Below are positions 1-8,971 of a stretch of 64,000 nucleotides of DNA, piece after piece. The stretch comes from Gemmatimonadales bacterium. Lineage in GTDB: Bacteria > Gemmatimonadota > Gemmatimonadetes > Gemmatimonadales > GWC2-71-9. The position numbers and the translations under genes were made by a program. Positions within the stretch are counted from its first letter, which is position 1. Every line of letters begins with the position of its first letter. The DNA is taken from NCBI GenBank assembly GCA_035279705.1, contig DATEHG010000011.1, positions 248 through 64,247 of the forward strand, read 5' to 3'. The notes under the pieces are model-generated. The model made no database searches. It saw nothing but the letters and a program-made list of their open reading frames with translations, and was not told the origin of the DNA.

Positions 1-561
1 CCAGAGCGCCGCCCGGTGCCGGGAGAGCCAGGGCTCGAGCTCGCTGTCCTCGGCGGGGATGACCGGCAGGCGGAAAGAGGAGCCCATGGCGCCACGCAGG
101 ACCTTGGGATTGGTCACGTCCGCGGTGCCCTTGAGCGCAATGACCCCCGCCGCGCCGAGTCCATGCGCGGTGCGGATCAGCGTGCCGACATTGCCGGGGT
201 CCTGTATCCCGTCGAGCACGAGCACCACACCGTCGGTCCCCGGGTTCAGTGCCTCGAGTGACCAGGCCGGCGGAGCGATGACAGCGACCACCCCCTGGGG
301 TTGCTCGGTGTCCGCGAGCTCCGCCAGATCGCGATCGGCGAGCTCGATGAGCGGGGCCCCGGTTCCGCTGAGCTGGACCTTGAGCGCCTGACCTCGGCTG
401 GTAGCTTCCAGCGCGGGGCCCACCGCGATCGCGCGAATGGGAATCCCGGCGGCCAGCACTTCCTCGACCAGCCGCACCCCCTCGGCGATGGCGAGGCCGC
501 GACGCTCGCGGCCGCGGCGCCGTTTCAGGTCCCTGATCATCGTCACGACCGGCTCAGCCAT
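1..561 (-). CDS. TrmH/SpoU-family RNA methyltransferase (N-terminal part; C-terminus lies beyond the window start)
   Basis: Own translation of the minus strand from the ATG at 561-559: [17 protein letters not shown]...[52 protein letters not shown], which are SpoU methylase motifs. Absent from the ORF track because no stop codon falls in the window. Confidence 0.7.
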   Translation of the reverse strand, partial: MAEPVVTMIRDLKRRRGRERRGLAIAEGVRLVEEVLAAGIPIRAIAVGPALEATSRGQALKVQLSGTGAPLIELADRDLAELADTEQPQGVVAVIAPPAWSLEALNPGTDGVVLVLDGIQDPGNVGTLIRTAHGLGAAGVIALKGTADVTNPKVLRGAMGSSFRLPVIPAEDSELEPWLSRHRAALW

Positions 562-570
562 GGCATTTCC

Positions 571-1368
571 GTGAAGATCGCGTTGACCATTGCCGGCTCC
601 GATTCCGGCGGGGGCGCCGGCATCCAGGCCGATCTCAAGACCTTCCATCAATTCGGTGTCTTCGGCACCAGCGCCATTGTCGCACTGACGGCCCAGAATA
701 CCGTCGGCGTGCGCCTGGTGGAGCCCGCGTCCGCCGCCATGGTGGCGGCCCAGCTCGAGGCGATCGCCGAAGATCTGCCCCCGGACGCGATCAAGAGCGG
801 GATGCTCGGCACCGCGGCGACGGTGCGGCAGGTGGCGGCGCTGATCGGCCGCTTTCACTGGCGCCGCTTCGTGCTCGATCCGGTCATGGTCGCCACCTCG
901 GGCGACCGGCTGCTCACGACCGAGGCCGAGTCAGTGGTGCGGGATACCCTGCTGCCGCTCGCCGCCGTGGTCACTCCGAATCTTGGCGAGGCCGCGATCC
1001 TGACGGGACTCCGGGTGAACGACCCCGCCGACATGGAACGGGCAGGGCGCCGCCTGCTGGAACTCGGTGCGGAAGCCGCGCTGGTCAAGGGTGGCCATCT
1101 CGCGGGGGACCGTGTCACCGACATCCTCGTGACCCGTGAGGGTGCCCGGCATTTTACCCGTTCGAGGATTGCCACCACCTCCACTCACGGAACGGGCTGC
1201 ACGCTTTCCGCGGCCATCACCGCCGGCCTTGCCCTGGGCCACGAGTTGCCTCGAGCCGTCAGTGAAGGTCTCGACTATGTGCACCGCGCCATTGCCGCCG
1301 CCCCTGGTCTGGGCGCGGGCCATGGACCGCTCAATCACCAGGTGCCTGCCCGAGGGCCGGGAACCTAG
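571..1368 (+). CDS. thiD: Hydroxymethylpyrimidine/phosphomethylpyrimidine kinase
   Basis: GTG at 571 is in frame with ORF 301..1368. The product starts [25 protein letters not shown], the typical ThiD N-terminus. The upstream part of the ORF has no similarity to anything I recognise. Confidence 0.85.
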   Translation: MKIALTIAGSDSGGGAGIQADLKTFHQFGVFGTSAIVALTAQNTVGVRLVEPASAAMVAAQLEAIAEDLPPDAIKSGMLGTAATVRQVAALIGRFHWRRFVLDPVMVATSGDRLLTTEAESVVRDTLLPLAAVVTPNLGEAAILTGLRVNDPADMERAGRRLLELGAEAALVKGGHLAGDRVTDILVTREGARHFTRSRIATTSTHGTGCTLSAAITAGLALGHELPRAVSEGLDYVHRAIAAAPGLGAGHGPLNHQVPARGPGT

Positions 1369-2177
1369 GCCGCGGTAATCACCCCTGCGAGAATCGGCAG
1401 CAGTGCTCCGCGGGCCCGGGCTCCGGTCTCGAGGACTTCGCGGTGGCTGAGCCGGCCACTCCCGAGTCCGGCGGCGAGATTGGTGATCGTCGAAATGGCC
1501 AGGCACCGCATCCCGAGTGCGCGGGCCGCGATCACCTCCAGAACCGTCGACATTCCAACCGCGTCCGCGCCCATCCGCTCCAGCATCCGGATTTCCGCCT
1601 TCGTTTCGTAGCTTGGCCCGGCGACGCCGGCGTAGATCCCTTCCTCCAGCCGGATCCCGTGCTCGCGTGCAGTCCGCCGCGCCGCCTCGGCCAGACCGGG
1701 ATCGCCCGGCGCCGACATGTCGGGAAAGCGAACCTCGCCCATCTCCGCCGGACCGACGAGGCCGTTGCGCGCCGTCAGATTGATCTGATCGGAGACCAGC
1801 ATCAGGCATCCCGGCTCGAGTCGGCGGTTGATGGCGCCGGCGGCGTTGGTGAAGAGTATCGCGCGGAGCCCGAGACGGGCCATGAGCCGGACGGGGCGGA
1901 CCACCGCGGCGGCGCTGAACCCCTCGTACAGGTGGTAGCGACCGCACTGGACGAGCACCTGGCGGCCGGCGAAGCGTCCCGAAACGAACGCGCCCTGGTG
2001 ACCGAGGACGCCGGGAAGGGGCCAGCCGGGCAGTTCACCGAAGGCAATCGAGGCGGGATGCTCGAGTTCATCCACCAGTCCACCGAGTCCCGACCCCAGC
2101 ACCACCCCGATTTCGGCCGGCGCCCCGCCCAGCCTCTCCTGCAGTTGTTCGACTGCGCGATCGAGACCGGCGGTCAT
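1365..2177 (-). CDS. Purine nucleoside phosphorylase (trimeric PNP family)
   Basis: 270 aa with GVVLGSGLGG, HxGxxxxG, FTNAAG and GPSYETxAE...GADAVGMS motifs. Confidence 0.85.
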   Translation of the reverse strand: MTAGLDRAVEQLQERLGGAPAEIGVVLGSGLGGLVDELEHPASIAFGELPGWPLPGVLGHQGAFVSGRFAGRQVLVQCGRYHLYEGFSAAAVVRPVRLMARLGLRAILFTNAAGAINRRLEPGCLMLVSDQINLTARNGLVGPAEMGEVRFPDMSAPGDPGLAEAARRTAREHGIRLEEGIYAGVAGPSYETKAEIRMLERMGADAVGMSTVLEVIAARALGMRCLAISTITNLAAGLGSGRLSHREVLETGARARGALLPILAGVITAA

Positions 2178-2195
2178 GGGCCGATCCTCCGCCGC

Positions 2196-2432
2196 TCAGG
2201 CCGGCGCATCGCCCTCATTGGTGTTCCGCCCGGCCCGGAGGACCCGGACGATGGCGCCACCGGTGAGCGGCGCATCGAGTGGCAGCGCGATGCCGCGTCC
2301 GTCCGTGACGGTCGGAGGCGTCCCGGCAGCCAGCGCGGGATCGAAGACGGCAAGGGCCGCGGCGACGGTGCTGCCGGCGGGCAGGGTGAACGGCTGCTCG
2401 TTGACGTACACCCGGAGCGGCAGGCCGCTCAC
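2196..2432 (-). CDS. Small hypothetical protein (beta-grasp-like), translationally coupled to the upstream 5'-nucleotidase
   Basis: 78-aa ORF that overlaps the nucleotidase stop by 4 bp (2429-2432) and sits 18 bp upstream of the PNP start. Has a loose ThiS/MoaD-like pattern but no C-terminal GG. Confidence 0.45.
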   Translation of the reverse strand: MSGLPLRVYVNEQPFTLPAGSTVAAALAVFDPALAAGTPPTVTDGRGIALPLDAPLTGGAIVRVLRAGRNTNEGDAPA

Positions 2433-4732
2433 GGTTCAACCGTGAGGCGGGCCCCGTCGGGCGGAGTGATGGGCTGGGGCAGAAGGCGGAGGTAGCCCGA
2501 GAATGCATCGAAGGTCGTCGTGCTCGACTGCTGGGCCGCCTCGGCTCCCGCCGGCAGAGTCAGCGTGCCGAGCAGTGCAGAGCTCAAGGCGATCGAGTAG
2601 CTGGCGTCGCGCGAGATCTTCTTGCCCGCGGGCAGCAGGGCGCTGCGGATCCGGTTGCCCGCCGGGCGATTCGGATCGTAGCGAACGGTCAGGCCGGAAA
2701 TCGCGGCGGATGGTGCGGCGCCGGCGACGAGCTGTTCGAGCACCGCCATGACCCCGCTGCCCTTGAGGGTGACCCGCTGCAGCTGTGACCGGTCTGGCCA
2801 CGAGGAGTTCAGGACTCCAGCAGTGATGGTGCCGGCGGCAAAGTCGCTGGTCAGCTCAGTGGTGGCCACGAAGCCGAAGTCCGCTCTGAGGGCGGTGCGA
2901 TAGGCATCCGCCACCAGCGCGCCCAGCGGCCCGCCGGCGGCGCCGCGGGTGAGCGGCAGCGCAAGACTCGCCACCGGGCGGTTGGCGGCCGAGTCGGCCC
3001 GGAGCGCGGCCTGGCGGAGCGAGTCACTGCGGATCTTGCGCGGATCGGGGCCGAACAGGGGCGTGGGATTGGGAGCGGCCCGGGCCGCGACCAGCGGCGC
3101 TCCCGCCTTCACATAGAGCGCCCGTGCCTGCGAGGCCTGTGCCTCCGGCTCGATGTGCCAGTGCGAGGTCCCGAAATCCTCGGGGCGGAGCATCTTGCGC
3201 GAGTGGAGATCGTCCATCAGCAGGTCGACGATGCGCTCGCCCTGGTCGTAGATCACCGGCGCATTCCGCAGCATGTCGTAGCCACCAACCCCGGCGATCC
3301 GCGCACTGGCGACGGCAAAGGTCAGTGTGTCCCAGGCGACGACGGCGCGGCCCCGCACCTTGACCCCGCGAATGCGACTGCCGGCCGGCTTGCTCAGATC
3401 GATGACGTAGTCGGCGCCGCCGATGACGTCATAGGACGAGCCCGGCAGGAAGAGATTGGTCGCCACCCTTCCGGTGGAATCCACATAGAAGTGGCGGGCG
3501 GAGCGCTCCAGGTAGGCCAGGAACTGGGCACCGGTCATTTGGACGGCCCGCAGCGTGTAGTCCTGGGGATAGAGAGCCAGCACCTGCCGGCGGGAAACTT
3601 CTCCCAGGTCCAGGCCGGCCCTGGTGTCGAACACCGTGATCGCGGCGACATCGGCTCCGGCCCGGCGCCTCATCAGATCGGTCATCCACTGGGTGAGTGG
3701 CGTGTCCTCGACCCTCGCGGAGGTGGCCCGCATCGAGGCCGAGAGGGTCCCCAGGATTTCATCGGTCCATCCCTGTACCACACGGTGCAGCTCCCGGAAT
3801 CGCCGCTGGAACGTGGCCGGCACGGAGAAGGCCTCGAGCGGCACACTTTCTCCGCGCACCCGAACCAGCGACCACCCCGATTCCCGGCGCACCATGTCGA
3901 CGTGGACGACCGCCAGCCGCTCCGCATCACGGCCGGCCTGCACGAAGTGGACACCATTGATGACCGTGTCGGTAATCGTGCGGCCGGTGTGCCCCAGGAT
4001 GACCAGGTCGGGCCGGATCTTTCCCGTTGCCAGGATACCGGCGCCGTTCTCGCCGCCGATGCCCGTGGTGTCGTAGGTCGACGGCTCGTCGAGCCCGGCG
4101 TGAGCCAGGACGACCACCAGATCGCCGTCGCGCCGCATTTCCGGCAGCACCGGCGTGATGGCGTCGGCAAAACGGGTGAGGCGGAGCCGCCCCTGCAGCT
4201 GCTCGCGATTCCACAGGCCGGCTCCCGGCGTCGTCAGCCCCGCCACCGCGATCCGGACCTCCTGGCGCTTGAGAACCAGATAGGAGCGGAAGGCCAGGGT
4301 ATCCTCCTTGCCCACCACGCGAAGGTTGGCGCTGACCATCGGGAAACGGGCGTCGGAGATCCGCCGGTTGAGCGTGGCGACACCCTGATCGAAGTCGTGC
4401 TCGCCCAGGGTCGCGACGTCGTACTGCAGCGTATTCATGGCGTCGACCACCGGGCTCGACTGCGGTGGCGCCACGTAGGTGTAGTAGGAGCCGAACGGAG
4501 TGCCGGTGATCGCATCGCCGGCGTCGAGCAGGATGACGCGGCCGGAGTAGGTATTACGGAGGAAGTCGAGCTCGGCGGCGGCCCGGGCGAGCCCGCCTTG
4601 GCCTGGCGCGTCCCGGAGGTAGTCCCACTCCGTGACCTGGCCCCGGACGTCGGTCGTGGCCACCAGCACCAGATGCACCGTGTCGGCCGGGCCCTGCGCC
4701 AGACCCGCGGCGACCAGCAATGGCATCAGCAT
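2429..4732 (-). CDS. Secreted bifunctional metallophosphatase/5'-nucleotidase (UshA-like) with extra C-terminal region
   Basis: 767 aa. N-terminal signal-like MLMPLLVAAGLAQG; calcineurin-like motifs (LVATTDVRG, LLDAGDAITGT, LGEHDFD, GHTG); a 5'-nucleotidase C-terminal-like middle part. Confidence 0.8.
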   Translation of the reverse strand: MLMPLLVAAGLAQGPADTVHLVLVATTDVRGQVTEWDYLRDAPGQGGLARAAAELDFLRNTYSGRVILLDAGDAITGTPFGSYYTYVAPPQSSPVVDAMNTLQYDVATLGEHDFDQGVATLNRRISDARFPMVSANLRVVGKEDTLAFRSYLVLKRQEVRIAVAGLTTPGAGLWNREQLQGRLRLTRFADAITPVLPEMRRDGDLVVVLAHAGLDEPSTYDTTGIGGENGAGILATGKIRPDLVILGHTGRTITDTVINGVHFVQAGRDAERLAVVHVDMVRRESGWSLVRVRGESVPLEAFSVPATFQRRFRELHRVVQGWTDEILGTLSASMRATSARVEDTPLTQWMTDLMRRRAGADVAAITVFDTRAGLDLGEVSRRQVLALYPQDYTLRAVQMTGAQFLAYLERSARHFYVDSTGRVATNLFLPGSSYDVIGGADYVIDLSKPAGSRIRGVKVRGRAVVAWDTLTFAVASARIAGVGGYDMLRNAPVIYDQGERIVDLLMDDLHSRKMLRPEDFGTSHWHIEPEAQASQARALYVKAGAPLVAARAAPNPTPLFGPDPRKIRSDSLRQAALRADSAANRPVASLALPLTRGAAGGPLGALVADAYRTALRADFGFVATTELTSDFAAGTITAGVLNSSWPDRSQLQRVTLKGSGVMAVLEQLVAGAAPSAAISGLTVRYDPNRPAGNRIRSALLPAGKKISRDASYSIALSSALLGTLTLPAGAEAAQQSSTTTFDAFSGYLRLLPQPITPPDGARLTVEP

Positions 4733-4733
4733 G

Positions 4734-4761
4734 GTAACAATATCCCTGTTTTGCGGTCACG
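4734..4761. promoter_or_regulatory. Candidate Pho-box-like pair (GTAAC ... GTCAC, 22 bp apart) in the nucleotidase/phoB divergent region
   Basis: GTAACA at 4734 and GTCACG at 4756, two helical turns apart. Same GTNAC core as the clearer site upstream of pstC. Confidence 0.25.
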
Positions 4762-4882
4762 GGCGCAACCGATGCCCTTGCTTCGCCGCAGGCCACAGGA
4801 TATTCGTTTTCCCCTTTATGAAATCCGACCACCGCCTGCATCCGGTCCACCAGTCCCGCGGCGCGCCGCGTGGGGGCCCCTC

Positions 4883-5590
4883 ATGAGCGCGCGCATTCTG
4901 GTCGTGGATGACGAGCCCGATATCACCGCGCTGGTGGCCTACCACCTGGCCAAGGTGGGCTTCCGGGTTTCCACGGCGGCAAGCGGAGCCGACGCCCTCA
5001 AGTCGGCCCAGGAGGAGCGCCCGGACATCGTGGTGCTGGACGTCATGCTGCCCGGGACGTCGGGGTATGACGTGCTCGCCGAGCTGCGCAAGCGCCCGGA
5101 GACGCGCGATGTCGGCGTCATCCTGCTCACCGCCCGGCGCGAGGAGGCCGACCGGATCCGCGGCCTCTCCCTCGGCGCCGACGACTACCTGACCAAGCCC
5201 TTTTCACCCCAGGAACTCGCGCTCCGGGTCAACGCCCTGCTCCGGCGCCTCGGCGCGCCGGCCGTGGCCACCGGGGCCATGCTCACCGCCGGCCCCGTTT
5301 CGATGGACCGTTCGGCGCACCGCGTCAGTGTGGGCGGGCGGGATGTGGAGCTCACCGCCACCGAATACAAGCTGCTGCTCATGCTGATCGAGCGCCGCGG
5401 CCGGGTGCAGAGCCGGCCCCAGCTCCTCGAGTCGGTGTGGGAGGCCCAACCCGATATCCAGACCCGCACGGTGGACATGCACGTGCAGCGCCTGCGGGCC
5501 AAGCTGGGCAGCGCCGGCGACTGGATCGAGACGGTGCGCGGCTTCGGCTACCGGTTCCGCGGCAACGAGAAGCCGGGGAAGACCCGGTGA
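4883..5590 (+). CDS. phoB: OmpR-family phosphate regulon response regulator
   Basis: ATG at 4883 in frame with ORF 3155..5590. MSARILVVDDEPDI...DVMLPGTSG...LTAR...KPF receiver plus a winged-helix output domain (TVDMHVQRLRAKL...VRGFGYRF). Context: next to phoR and pst genes. Confidence 0.85.
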   Translation: MSARILVVDDEPDITALVAYHLAKVGFRVSTAASGADALKSAQEERPDIVVLDVMLPGTSGYDVLAELRKRPETRDVGVILLTARREEADRIRGLSLGADDYLTKPFSPQELALRVNALLRRLGAPAVATGAMLTAGPVSMDRSAHRVSVGGRDVELTATEYKLLLMLIERRGRVQSRPQLLESVWEAQPDIQTRTVDMHVQRLRAKLGSAGDWIETVRGFGYRFRGNEKPGKTR

Positions 5591-7314
5591 GCTTCGTCGG
5601 CCGCCTGGTCACCGGCATGGTGGCGGTGCTGCTCGCTACCGTGCTGGTGCTGGGATGGTCGGCCGACGCGCTGCTGCGGGACCGGCTCGAAGCGGACATC
5701 CGCAGTTCGCTGGAACGCGACGCCCGCCTGGTGGAGCAGGCCCTTCCCCCCGATACCGCCCTGTGGCAGGCGACCGTCCACCGGCTGGGCGGCATCACCG
5801 GCCTCCGGATCACCGTCATCGATCCGACCGGGCGGGTCCGCGCCGAGAGCGAACTGGCCGGCGATTCCCTCAATCGCATCGAGAATCACCTCGGACGCCC
5901 CGAGGTGCAGCAGGCGCTGCAGAATGGCGTCGGATCCGACCGCCGGCTGAGCCGCACGGTGGGACGCCCGCTCATGTACCTGGCGCTGCGGAGCAGCGTG
6001 GGCTTCGTGCGGGTGGCCGCGGGACTCGAGCAGGTGGACGCCGTCGTGAGCCGGGCCCAGCGGGCCGTCCTCCTGGCCTCCATTGTGGCACTGGTCCTCG
6101 GTCTCGCCGTGGCCGTGCCGGTGGCCCGCTCCTTCGCGCGGCCTCTGACCGAACTGTCCGCCTCCGCCCGCGCGATTGCCGCGGGAGAGTTGCCCCGCTT
6201 TCCGCACGCGGGGGTCCCCGACATCGATGACCTGGTCTCGGCACTGCGTGAAATGCACGAAGAGCTGGACCGCCGCTTCGCCGAGTTGCGCCGCGAACAG
6301 GCCGAGAGCGCCACGCTGGTCGAGGCCATGATCGAGGGGGTCGTGGCCACCGATGCCCGGGGCCGCATCGTGACGGCCAATGCCGCTGCCCGGCGCCTGC
6401 TCGGCTACGGCGGAGATCAACCGATGCCGGATCTCCGCCAGCTGTTCCATCCCAAGCCGGCCCGGGCCATGGTCGACGCCGTGCTTTCCGGACAGAGCGT
6501 CGTGGACCAGGAACTCGAAATCGATGGCAGCATGGTCCTGGCCAACGCGCGGCCCCTGCCGGCGGGCGGCGCGGTCCTCGTGCTCCACGACGTCTCGGAC
6601 CTGCGGCGCCTGGAGACGATGCGCCGCGATTTCGTGGCCAACGTCTCTCACGAGCTCAAGACCCCGCTCACCTCGATCGCCGGCTACGCCGAGACGCTGG
6701 TGGGCGAGACCCCCGATGCCCCGACGACCCGGCGATTCCTCGAGGTCATCCTCGGCAACGCCCGGCGGATGCACCGGCTGGTCGACGACCTGCTCGATCT
6801 CTCGCGGATTGAATCAGGGGGCTGGCTCCCCGCGCCCGAATCGGTGGATGTCGGTGACACGGCGGCCGAGGTGCTCGAGACCTTCGCCGACCGGGCCCGC
6901 GCCGGTGGCGTCACGCTGCAAGTCGCGGTTCCGCCCGGCGCCCCTCCGCTGGTGGCGGATCCCCAGGCGGTGCGGCAGATCCTGACCAACCTGATCGACA
7001 ACGCGCTGCGCTATACGCCGAGCGGCGGACGGGTGGCCATCGCCTCGCGCCACGATCACGGCGACACGGTCATCGAGGTCCGCGACACCGGCAGCGGCAT
7101 CCCCGCCGAGCACCTCCCCCGCCTGTTCGAGCGGTTCTACCGGGTCGATGCTTCGCGCTCGCGGGCCGAAGGCGGCACCGGACTCGGCCTGGCCATCGTT
7201 AAACACCTGGTCGAGGCTCACGGCGGGATCTGCACGGCCGAGAGTACGCTCGGCCAGGGCACCGTGATCCGCATCCGCATCCCCGACCCCGCCCCCGAGG
7301 ACATCCCCGCCTAG
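5587..7314 (+). CDS. phoR: Phosphate regulon sensor histidine kinase
   Basis: GTG at 5587 overlaps the phoB stop (GTGA). Two TM segments, HAMP/PAS, H-box FVANVSHELKTPLTSI, and HATPase N/G boxes (NLIDNALRY, DTGSGIP, GGTGLGLAIV). Confidence 0.85.
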   Translation: MSFVGRLVTGMVAVLLATVLVLGWSADALLRDRLEADIRSSLERDARLVEQALPPDTALWQATVHRLGGITGLRITVIDPTGRVRAESELAGDSLNRIENHLGRPEVQQALQNGVGSDRRLSRTVGRPLMYLALRSSVGFVRVAAGLEQVDAVVSRAQRAVLLASIVALVLGLAVAVPVARSFARPLTELSASARAIAAGELPRFPHAGVPDIDDLVSALREMHEELDRRFAELRREQAESATLVEAMIEGVVATDARGRIVTANAAARRLLGYGGDQPMPDLRQLFHPKPARAMVDAVLSGQSVVDQELEIDGSMVLANARPLPAGGAVLVLHDVSDLRRLETMRRDFVANVSHELKTPLTSIAGYAETLVGETPDAPTTRRFLEVILGNARRMHRLVDDLLDLSRIESGGWLPAPESVDVGDTAAEVLETFADRARAGGVTLQVAVPPGAPPLVADPQAVRQILTNLIDNALRYTPSGGRVAIASRHDHGDTVIEVRDTGSGIPAEHLPRLFERFYRVDASRSRAEGGTGLGLAIVKHLVEAHGGICTAESTLGQGTVIRIRIPDPAPEDIPA

Positions 7315-7402
7315 CCGCGTTTCCCGATCGTTACCCCGCCATGACTCCTCCGTCTCGGCGTGGCTGGAAGTTCCCGCCACCCGAATCGTCGAGGAGCACT
7401 CC

Positions 7403-7720
7403 GTGTCGCTGCTGATCCTGAAGGGCCCGCTGGACCCCGTCGCCGTCGATCATGTCCGCCGCGCCGTCACCGATCTCGCCCCCGAGTCCCGCCGGGTGCG
7501 GCTGGTGTGCAGCCGCGTGACGACGCTGGATCCGATCGGGGTAGCCAGCCTGTGGCGGCTGTGCTGCGAGGCGCGCCTCCGGGGCTTCGAGATCGCGCTG
7601 GTGGGGCTGCCCGCGCGGCTGGCCCGGCGGCTCCGGCGCCACCCGATCATGGAGTTTGCCGGCCTGGAGGAGGAACTGTTCGGCAATCCGCTGGCCACGC
7701 TGGCGCCCAGTGACCGCTGA
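7403..7720 (+). CDS. STAS-domain protein (anti-sigma-factor-antagonist fold)
   Basis: 105 aa with an SpoIIAA-like pattern ...VRLVCSRVTTLDPIGVASLWRL.... The usual phosphorylatable Ser after the Asp is Pro (LDPIG). Confidence 0.6.
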   Translation: MSLLILKGPLDPVAVDHVRRAVTDLAPESRRVRLVCSRVTTLDPIGVASLWRLCCEARLRGFEIALVGLPARLARRLRRHPIMEFAGLEEELFGNPLATLAPSDR

Positions 7721-7736
7721 GGCCTCAAGGGCAGAT

Positions 7737-7775
7737 GTTACAGGTCCGATACTTTCCGGGCGCTCATTCGTGACG
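7737..7775. promoter_or_regulatory. Candidate Pho boxes upstream of porin-pstS (GTTACA / GATACT / GTGACG in 11-bp phase)
   Basis: Hexamers at 7737, 7748 and 7770 (offsets 11 and 33). Five GTNAC pentamers lie in 7721-7859, where about 0.5 would be expected by chance. Confidence 0.35.
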
Positions 7776-7810
7776 CGCCACGGGCTTTATGCTGCCCGTT
7801 GTAACGGACC

Positions 7811-7831
7811 GGCGTCACACCGGGTGACGCC
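7811..7831. promoter_or_regulatory. Perfect 8-bp inverted repeat GGCGTCAC-N5-GTGACGCC, 29 bp upstream of the porin ATG
   Basis: Read directly from the sequence. Could be an operator or a 5'-UTR hairpin. Confidence 0.4.
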
Positions 7832-7859
7832 CCGGCATATCACTCCTGGAGGTTTGCAG

Positions 7860-8942
7860 ATGGGTCTCTCCGCACGTTGGGCGATGCTCCTGGGTTCACT
7901 GGCCGTGCTGGCAACGGCACAGGAAGCCACCGCCCAGACGCCGTCCATCACGGTCGGTGGACTGGGCTACCTGCAGTACGCGTACCAGATGGAGACTGAC
8001 AGCAGCCTCAAGCCGAGCGGCGGGCACCAGAACAACTTCGACGTGACCCGGGCCTACATCAACGTGCTGGGCAAGCTGCCCCACGGCGTGTCGGCGCGGA
8101 TCACGACGGACATCGCCGGCCGGAACGGGACCTTTACCCAGCTCTACCTGCGGCTCAAGTACGCCTTCGTGGCGTGGACCCCCGAGAACTCCCCCCTGAC
8201 CTACAAGATCGGTGAAATCCATACGCCGTGGCTGGACTGGGAAGAGGCGCTGTGGGACTACCGCATGCAGGGGCAGATGGCGATGGAGCGGGCCGGCTAC
8301 CTCTCCTCGTCGGACTTCGGCGCCGGCATCGACGGCAACTTCGGCTACGACAAGCTGAACTTCCAGGTGGGCCTCTACAACGGCGAGAACTACAGCGGCA
8401 CCCCGGGCGACTTCCGCAAGGACGTGATGGGCCGCGCTTCGTTCAAGATCCTCAACACCGATCTCCCCGGCAAAGTCGGCGGTCTCCGGGTCTCGGCGTA
8501 CGGTCAGTACGGCAAGCCCAACACCGGCGGCGAGCGCTACCGCGCCATCGGCCAGCTGTCCTACAAGTCGAAGATGATCACCCTGGCCGGCGAATTCGGC
8601 TGGACCAAGGACAGCGTCTCGGGTGATTCCGTGGGCGCCGCCAACGTGTCGGCCGAGAAGAAGGGACAGGTGCTCAGCTTCTACGGGGTACTCAACATCC
8701 CCAACACGAAGGCCGCGATCATCGCCCGCTGGGACCAGACCGATCCGAATACCGCCAACAATTCGGCCGGCTCGACCAACGACAAGATCAGCCGGGTCAT
8801 CGCCGGCGTGTCGTACCAGCTGACGCCCAACCTCCGCCTGCTGGCCGACGCGGACGTGGCTTCGCGCGAGGGCGGCAACTACAACAACGCCTTCAACGCC
8901 ACCCGATCGACATTCTACTTCCAGACTCAGGTCAGCTTCTGA
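7860..8942 (+). CDS. Outer-membrane porin, probably phosphate-selective (OprO/P-like) by context
   Basis: ATG at 7860 gives the signal peptide MGLSARWAMLLGSLAVLATAQEATAQ. Alternating beta-strand pattern and C-terminal ...FYFQTQVSF. Immediately upstream of pstS. Confidence 0.7.
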   Translation: MGLSARWAMLLGSLAVLATAQEATAQTPSITVGGLGYLQYAYQMETDSSLKPSGGHQNNFDVTRAYINVLGKLPHGVSARITTDIAGRNGTFTQLYLRLKYAFVAWTPENSPLTYKIGEIHTPWLDWEEALWDYRMQGQMAMERAGYLSSSDFGAGIDGNFGYDKLNFQVGLYNGENYSGTPGDFRKDVMGRASFKILNTDLPGKVGGLRVSAYGQYGKPNTGGERYRAIGQLSYKSKMITLAGEFGWTKDSVSGDSVGAANVSAEKKGQVLSFYGVLNIPNTKAAIIARWDQTDPNTANNSAGSTNDKISRVIAGVSYQLTPNLRLLADADVASREGGNYNNAFNATRSTFYFQTQVSF

Positions 8943-8971
8943 TGTCTTTCCGCACTCAAGGAGATCGCCCC

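Noticed and set aside
2196-2432. ThiS/MoaD sulfur-carrier assignment for the 78-aa ORF
   Set aside because: It lacks the obligatory C-terminal Gly-Gly (it ends ...NEGDAPA), and its context is nucleotide catabolism rather than thiamine or molybdopterin genes. I kept it as a hypothetical.
3155-4882. N-terminal 575 aa of the 811-aa ORF 3155..5590
   Set aside because: It is antisense to the 5'-nucleotidase gene and runs through the divergent promoter. Only the last 235 aa (from the ATG at 4883) look like a real protein (PhoB).
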